This document shows, one piece after another, positions 42,595-43,258 of a DNA stretch of 43,258 nt. Origin of the DNA: Acidimicrobiia bacterium. GTDB taxonomy: Bacteria > Actinomycetota > Acidimicrobiia > Spongiisociales > ZC4RG35. The first letter of the stretch is position 1. The number at the start of each line of letters is the position of its first letter. A program made the position numbers and the translations under genes. The stretch lies in contig JBAVIK010000162.1 in assembly GCA_049686815.1 (NCBI GenBank), forward strand, positions 1 to 43,258, written 5' to 3'. Under the pieces are notes generated by a model. The model searched no databases. It saw only the letters and a program-made list of their open reading frames with translations, and was not told where the DNA came from.

Positions 42595-42761
42595 CTGACT
42601 TCACCAGATGATCCGCTGAGCACCACTGGGTCGACTTTGGAAGTGACACAGGAAGGGAGAAGGTGAGCGAGCGGCAGACCGAAGCGGTCACACTCTACGA
42701 AATGGACCTTTGGTCACTTTGGGTTCAGCAGCGGAGGCCCGAAGACCTCAAGGGGGGCCGA

Positions 42762-43220
42762 TCAGGCCGATTCGGCAAGAAGATAGGGTTGCCAATCAGG
42801 GTCAACCTGGAAGCCGGTTGACGCGTAGATCCAGGCGAAGCGTCGCGGTGGCCCGGGGACGGTGCGAAGGCTGAAGCCACTTTCGTCTGGCGTTCGATCC
42901 CCTTTGCGCACGTTGCAGGAGCGACAACATGCGACCACGTTCTCCCATGTGTGATCGCCCCCACGTGACCGGGGCTTCACATGATCCAATGACTCGGCCG
43001 GACCGCCACAGTACTGACATTGATGACCGTCTCGACCAAAGACAGCCCTTCGAGTGACCGGCACCGCTCGTCGGTATGGCACGGTCACGTACCTGGTCAG
43101 CCGCACGACCGATGGCAGGTCAAACGACAGCGACTCTGAATGCCAGACTTCGTCCCGCGATACGACAACCCTTGCCTTGTCGGTCAGGACGAGTATCAAC
43201 GCCCTCCGCTCACTCACCAC
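42762..43220 (-). CDS. stand-alone HNH endonuclease-family protein
   Basis: ORF track, 152 aa, GTG start. GHQCQYCGG...LDHVKPRSRGGDHTWENVVACCRSCNVRKGDR (CxxC, H-N-H, CxxC) preceded by a ~65-aa N-terminal region (ALILVLTDKARVV...VVRLTRYVTVPYRR). Confidence 0.85.
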   Translation of the reverse strand: MVSERRALILVLTDKARVVVSRDEVWHSESLSFDLPSVVRLTRYVTVPYRRAVPVTRRAVFGRDGHQCQYCGGPAESLDHVKPRSRGGDHTWENVVACCRSCNVRKGDRTPDESGFSLRTVPGPPRRFAWIYASTGFQVDPDWQPYLLAESA

Positions 43221-43258
43221 GGAGAGTGGCTCATAGCTGGCATTTAGAACTAGTGCTC

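Noticed and set aside
42595-42761. Possible terminator or small RNA between the HNH gene and the mraZ promoter (GACCG-AAG-CGGTC hairpin, AAGTGAC/GTCACTT 7-bp repeat, CTTTGG repeats)
   Set aside because: All stems are 5-7 bp without U-tracts, and the repeats are short. This is insufficient to call a terminator or ncRNA.
1-43258. Looked for CRISPR arrays, transposases, integrases, prophage or defence genes, and for a genomic island next to tRNA-Leu
   Set aside because: None found. There are no repeat-spacer arrays, the tRNA is flanked by ordinary genes with no integrase or direct-repeat att-like duplication, and I could see no obvious compositional break.

Overview
GC-rich (about 60% by eye, not computed) core chromosomal window from an Actinomycetota-type genome; this is inferred from gene content and order, and no search was run. 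I call 40 protein genes plus one tRNA, most of them on the minus strand. From left to right: polA (5' part; the 3' end runs off the window), tRNA-Leu(CAA), an amidohydrolase, a histidine kinase/OmpR-type regulator pair, ygfZ-ccdA, MFS and MATE transporters, nth, thyA-folA, a paired Get3/ArsA-like ATPase module with a membrane-anchored HAD hydrolase, dnaE, a rhomboid protease, rluD-lspA-TraR/DksA-like, yggU and ileS. A complete dcw cluster follows on the minus strand (42497 down to 25728): mraZ-rsmH-ftsL-ftsI-murE-mraY-murD-ftsW-murG-murC-murB-ftsQ-ftsZ-pgeF-yggS-sepF-yggT-divIVA, then a YciI-like gene. An HNH nuclease gene lies upstream of mraZ. Many dcw junctions are 4-nt stop/start overlaps. 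I saw no CRISPR array, transposase, integrase, phage or defence genes, so this is housekeeping DNA rather than an accessory island. The signals most worth a second look: (1) an 18-bp perfect (21 of 22) inverted repeat in the mraZ-rsmH spacer whose 3' arm contains the rsmH SD and ATG; (2) a phased GTGGG repeat array interleaved with a TTGACA-17-CATAGT promoter upstream of mraZ; (3) the poorly understood Rv3679/Rv3680-like ATPase pair and its neighbours; (4) a dcw cluster with no murF between murE and mraY. All family calls rest on motifs read from the translations. No homology search, RNA folding or statistics were run.
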